40,774 bases of DNA from contig NC_068999.1 of assembly GCF_001194135.2 (NCBI RefSeq), positions 36,769,570-36,810,343 of the forward strand, read 5' to 3'. Both the position numbers and the translations under genes were made by a program. Positions 38,403 through 40,774 of the stretch are shown here, one piece after another (position 1 is the first letter of the stretch; each line of letters opens with the position of its first letter). The notes under the pieces are model-generated. The model saw nothing but the letters and a program-made list of their open reading frames with translations, ran no database searches and had not been told where the DNA came from. The DNA is from Octopus bimaculoides. Taxonomy: Eukaryota.

Positions 38403-39792
38403 GAGCCGGTAGATTCGTTAGCACTACGGGCAAAATGCTTAGCGTCATTTCGTCTGTCTTTACACTCTGAGTTCAAATTCTGCCGAGGTCGACTTTACCT
38501 TTCATTCTTACGGGGGTCGATAAAAAAAAAATATTCTTCTCTACTCTAGGCACAAGGCCCGAAATTTTGGGAGAGGGTGCCACTCGATTAGATCGACCCC
38601 AGTACGCACAGGGCTACTGGGGTCGATTTTTATTGCCCATAGGCGGCTAAACATAGAGGGGACAAACAAGGACAGACAAAGGGATTAAGTCGATTACATC
38701 GACCCCAGTGCGTAACTGGTACTTGCTTAATCGACCCCGAAAGGACGAAAGGCGAAGTCGGCCTCGGCGGAATTTGAACTCAGAACGTAACGGCAGACGA
38801 AATACCGCTAAGCATTTCGCCTGGCGTGCTAACGCTTCTGCCAGCTCGCCGCCCCTTATCAAGGCGAGCTGATGGGCTCGCCTTGATAAAATAAGCATTA
38901 ATTGAACACAGGAGTCAGTGTAATCAACTTACCGCCTCCCCTGAAATCGCTGGCATGGTACCAAAAATTGGAATCAATATTAAAGACCATACTGAAGGCG
39001 GCGAACTGGCAGAATCTTTAGCACTCCGGGCAAGACGCTCATCGTCATTCCGTCTGTCTTCATGTTCTGAGTTCGAATTTTGCCGATGTCGACTTTACCT
39101 TTCATCATTCCGGAGTCGATGAAATAAGTACCAGTTTGAACACAGAGGGTCGATGTAATCGATTTAGCCCCTCCCCCCAAATTGCTGGCCTTGTGCTAAA
39201 AATTGGAGCAATATTAAAGACCATAGTTGTGACAACGTATTGTTTTGTTTTGCTTTGTTTCTTTTTTTCCCCTTTTATTCCATTCCGTGATAGATTTCTG
39301 TTGAAACTCTCCCACGTTCTGACCATCTCTTCCATTTTGTTTCGTTTTGTTTGCGTTGTTGTTTTTGTTTCGTTTTGTTTTGTTTTGTTTTTTTGGTTCT
39401 TTTATGTTGCCCTTATCAGTTTATCGTTGTTGTTACAATTATCTGCCAATAATGTATACTTCAAGGGAAAATAAATAACTAAAAACAAGATATGGCCATC
39501 ACATCAAATTACAATATTATCTTTTATATTTATTTATTCATTTGGTGTATGTTGCTAATCCTATGTTTATTCATTGTTCTCGGTTGCGACTACTACTACT
39601 ACTACTGCTGCTGCTACTACAACAACAACTACTACTACTACTACTACTACTATTATTATTATTATTATTATTATATTTATTATTATTAATGCGGAGAGCT
39701 GGCAGAATTGTTTGCGCGCCGGGCAAAATGCTTAACGGTATTTAATCCGTCTTTACGCATTCTGTCGAGGTCCACTTTATTTTCATCCTTTA
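38403..39792. mobile_element. Cluster of SINE family A copies: + 38403-38522, - 38533-38627, - 38645-38853, + tail 38925-38980, + 38995-39215, + 39690-39792
   Basis: Each segment matches the family A sequence or its reverse complement. Confidence 0.88.
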
Positions 39793-39957
39793 GATTTTGT
39801 TGTTGTTAATGGGTTTATGCTATTTATAAACTAACAAGGATCCTGAACAACCGATCAGCTCAGTTTTGTTTTTTTCTCTAAGGGACGAAATTTCTTCGTT
39901 TTTTTATTTTGTTTTTTCTTGAAACTTACACGCTTAAAAAATAATAAAAATAATTAA

Positions 39958-40774
39958 TTCTTTTTATTGGTTACAAGAGCTAATATAAATCAAAACGTTA
40001 AAAGACAACGCAAGACGATATACAAAAGATTTTTGCAAAAAAACATCCGTGTAAACATTTGATAACAATAAAACAATGTAACAAGTAAAAATCTCCCAGT
40101 GGGGAAGGCGCTTTAAAGGTTACTCGTGGAAAAAACCCATAAAAGCCCGTCTCCTTTTATACCTTTTTTACAGGTGAATTCTCTGAACTGGTCCATCCAT
40201 ACTGGCCATTTTTCCGACATTCACCCACCTTTCAACAAATTTGCTAGAAGACAACACTTCCTTCTCTACCCTCACTTTCCTTTTCAAGTTCCACTTGTAA
40301 AGGTTGATGAGGCCTTGGCCAGAGAAGAAAGTGTCTGACTTTAGCCCTTTCAAACGGGTCCACCATACCACTTCTTTCGCTACAGCCACCAGACAAATGA
40401 AAATTGCCTTCCCCTCCTGGTTAAAGGAGGCCAGCGGGGCAATCTTCACTATGGATTTAACTGATAGCCGGATCTGTCCTACACGCGACAGCAGCTGTTC
40501 GACATAAACCCACAGGTCAGCAATGCTCGGGCACTGGACGAGTGCATGCAGAACGGTTTCGTCGCTCTGAGCACACCTCGGGCAGGCCCAGTTGAAGAGC
40601 TAGCGCACCAGTTTGGTCAACCAGCTGTCGAGACAAGGTCAAGCGGTAATACATGACGGATGCGATGTACGCATTCACCATTTCGGCTCGAAATTTCAGG
40701 AACAGCTTCTTCTCGGCCCATTTCTGTGTGTGATTAGCCACCCTGTTCGTCACCTCGTCTCAGTTTTTCTCCAG
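39958..40774 (-). mobile_element. L1/Tx1-like LINE ORF2 3' part with internal deletion, plus 3' UTR; runs off the window
   Basis: LEKN*DEVTNRV..KWAEKKLFLKFRAEMVNAYIASVMYYRLT, fused to CPRCAQSDETVLHALVQC (CCHC)..LWVYVEQLLSR..LVAVAKEVVWWTRLKG; A-rich AATAAAAAGA end near 39960 on the minus strand. Confidence 0.8.

Overview
AT-rich, repeat-dense eukaryotic genomic scaffold with 12 N-gaps, mostly bounded by microsatellites. The SINE families look like Octopus/coleoid cephalopod elements; this is recalled from memory, not a database search. No intact cellular protein-coding gene, tRNA, rRNA or CRISPR array is supportable, and nearly all listed ORFs are microsatellite or gap artefacts. The window holds decayed retroelements (Penelope-like RT+GIY-YIG, RTE, L1/Tx1-like ORF1 and ORF2 pieces, R4/Dong-like, a HERO/NeSL-like RLE piece), about 20 tRNA-derived SINE copies, two mariner remnants, Tc1-type and hAT MITEs, a 128-bp-TIR MITE and a 2.5-kb foldback palindrome. 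The most interesting signals are: (1) a tRNA-headed SINE-like element carrying a minimal, dimer-type hammerhead ribozyme, with an inverted terminal duplication and a 12-bp TSD; (2) a second hammerhead-like motif with a core variant in a (TA)n-flanked element; (3) the giant palindrome, whose arm identity rises toward the centre; (4) perfect snap-back hairpins at SINE ends; (5) a decayed 48-bp, apparently protein-coding tandem repeat.
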